From the NCBI RefSeq assembly GCF_001194135.2, contig NC_068989.1, positions 41,006,367-41,039,737 on the forward strand: a stretch of DNA of 33,371 nucleotides. The letters are read 5' to 3'. Shown here piece by piece: positions 32,530 to 33,371 of this stretch; the stretch's first letter is position 1; each line of letters begins with the position of its first letter. This stretch comes from Octopus bimaculoides. Lineage: Eukaryota. A program made the translations under genes and the position numbers. The notes under the pieces are model-generated. The model was not told the origin of the DNA, did not search any database, and worked only from the letters and a program-made list of their open reading frames with translations.

Positions 32530-32830
32530 ATATAATACATGCATCTACACGTACATACACAAAAATATATCCACACAGAAATATTTATACTATACACATT
32601 CATAGGTACTTACATTCATTTACAAATGTACATACATATACACAAAGACGCATACATGCACACACACATACATACGCATTATACACATATATATATATTT
32701 ATGTATATATACGTACATGCACTGATACATATATGCACGCGTACTGATAAATGTATGCACCAACGCATATATATATTATGCAGCGCATTCGTTTATATCC
32801 GTCATTACATATAATACATGCAAATGCATC
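32530..32830. repeat. Degenerate TA/CA-rich low-complexity tract
   Basis: Directly visible. Confidence 0.85.
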
Positions 32831-32954
32831 TACAGGCTCCCAAAGAAAGGATAACGCATATGATTATACAAACAATAAAGCTATATGTACAAACTGCCTG
32901 ATTGAGTGCCGTCTGTTTCAAGCAAACATATGTCTATATATCTTGTACTTTTTC

Positions 32955-33066
32955 CTTGCTTAAGTTACTAGACTGTAGCCATTCTGGAGTACTGCCTTGA
33001 AGGATTTAGTCAAACAAATCAACCCCAGTGCATTATTTTCTAACACTGGTACTTATCCTATTCTAT
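32955..33066 (-). mobile_element. SINE-C 3' fragment
   Basis: GACTGTAGCCATTCTGGAGTACTGCCTTGAAGGATTTAGTCAAACAAATCAACCCCAG...CTGGTACTTA. Confidence 0.75.
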
Positions 33067-33069
33067 CAG

Positions 33070-33371
33070 ACTTTTTACCAAAACGCAACATCCCATACTG
33101 CTTAGCCAGAAGAATCTGTACTATTGTAGAGGATCTAAAGACCAGAAATCAGCGCCTGATGGAACTGAAAGAATTTCTGCTGAAGCAAAAGTACCCGTCA
33201 CTACTTATAGAAAATGGTATTCAGCGGGCTTCGAAAATACCCATACAACAACTGAGGACACCGCAAAGAAGAGAAAAACAGGAAAAAAAATCATACCATT
33301 TATAGTGACACAAAATCCATGCCACCAGAACATCTTCAATATCGCTAAAGCGAACTTACCGATCCTTGTAC
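33070..33371 (+). pseudogene. Penelope-like element RT thumb/linker fragment, continuing beyond the window
   Basis: KRNIPYCLARRICTIVEDLKTRNQRLMELKEFLLKQKYPSLLIENGIQRA, then after a frameshift at an A-run IIPFIVTQNP. This is the typical Penelope post-RT region. Confidence 0.85.

Overview
AT-rich eukaryotic genomic DNA, most likely an octopus or related coleoid cephalopod. That assignment is inferred from the tRNA-derived SINE families and TE spectrum recalled from octopus genomes and was not checked by search. The window is dominated by decayed transposable elements: about 20 copies of one tRNA-headed SINE (SINE-A, often in head-to-tail arrays), two further SINE families, RTE, CR1/L2, L1/Tx1, RLE-type and Penelope retroelement fragments, a full-length DD34D mariner, a Tc1/mariner relic, a Buster/Charlie-type hAT element with matching ends 4.6 kb apart, and a foldback element. 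It also has microsatellites and four N gaps. No known host gene is recognisable. The best host-gene candidate is an orphan 150-aa ORF (14566-15018) starting with an MGCxxS dual-acylation motif. The most interesting structural signals are a shared AATAT start in four SINE-A target-site duplications, which could explain the tandem SINE arrays, and a 3' tail module shared by an L1/Tx1 LINE, a SINE-A subtype and two TSD-flanked orphan inserts. No prokaryotic features, CRISPR arrays, rRNA or intact tRNA genes were seen. Repeat boundaries without a TSD or TIR are approximate.
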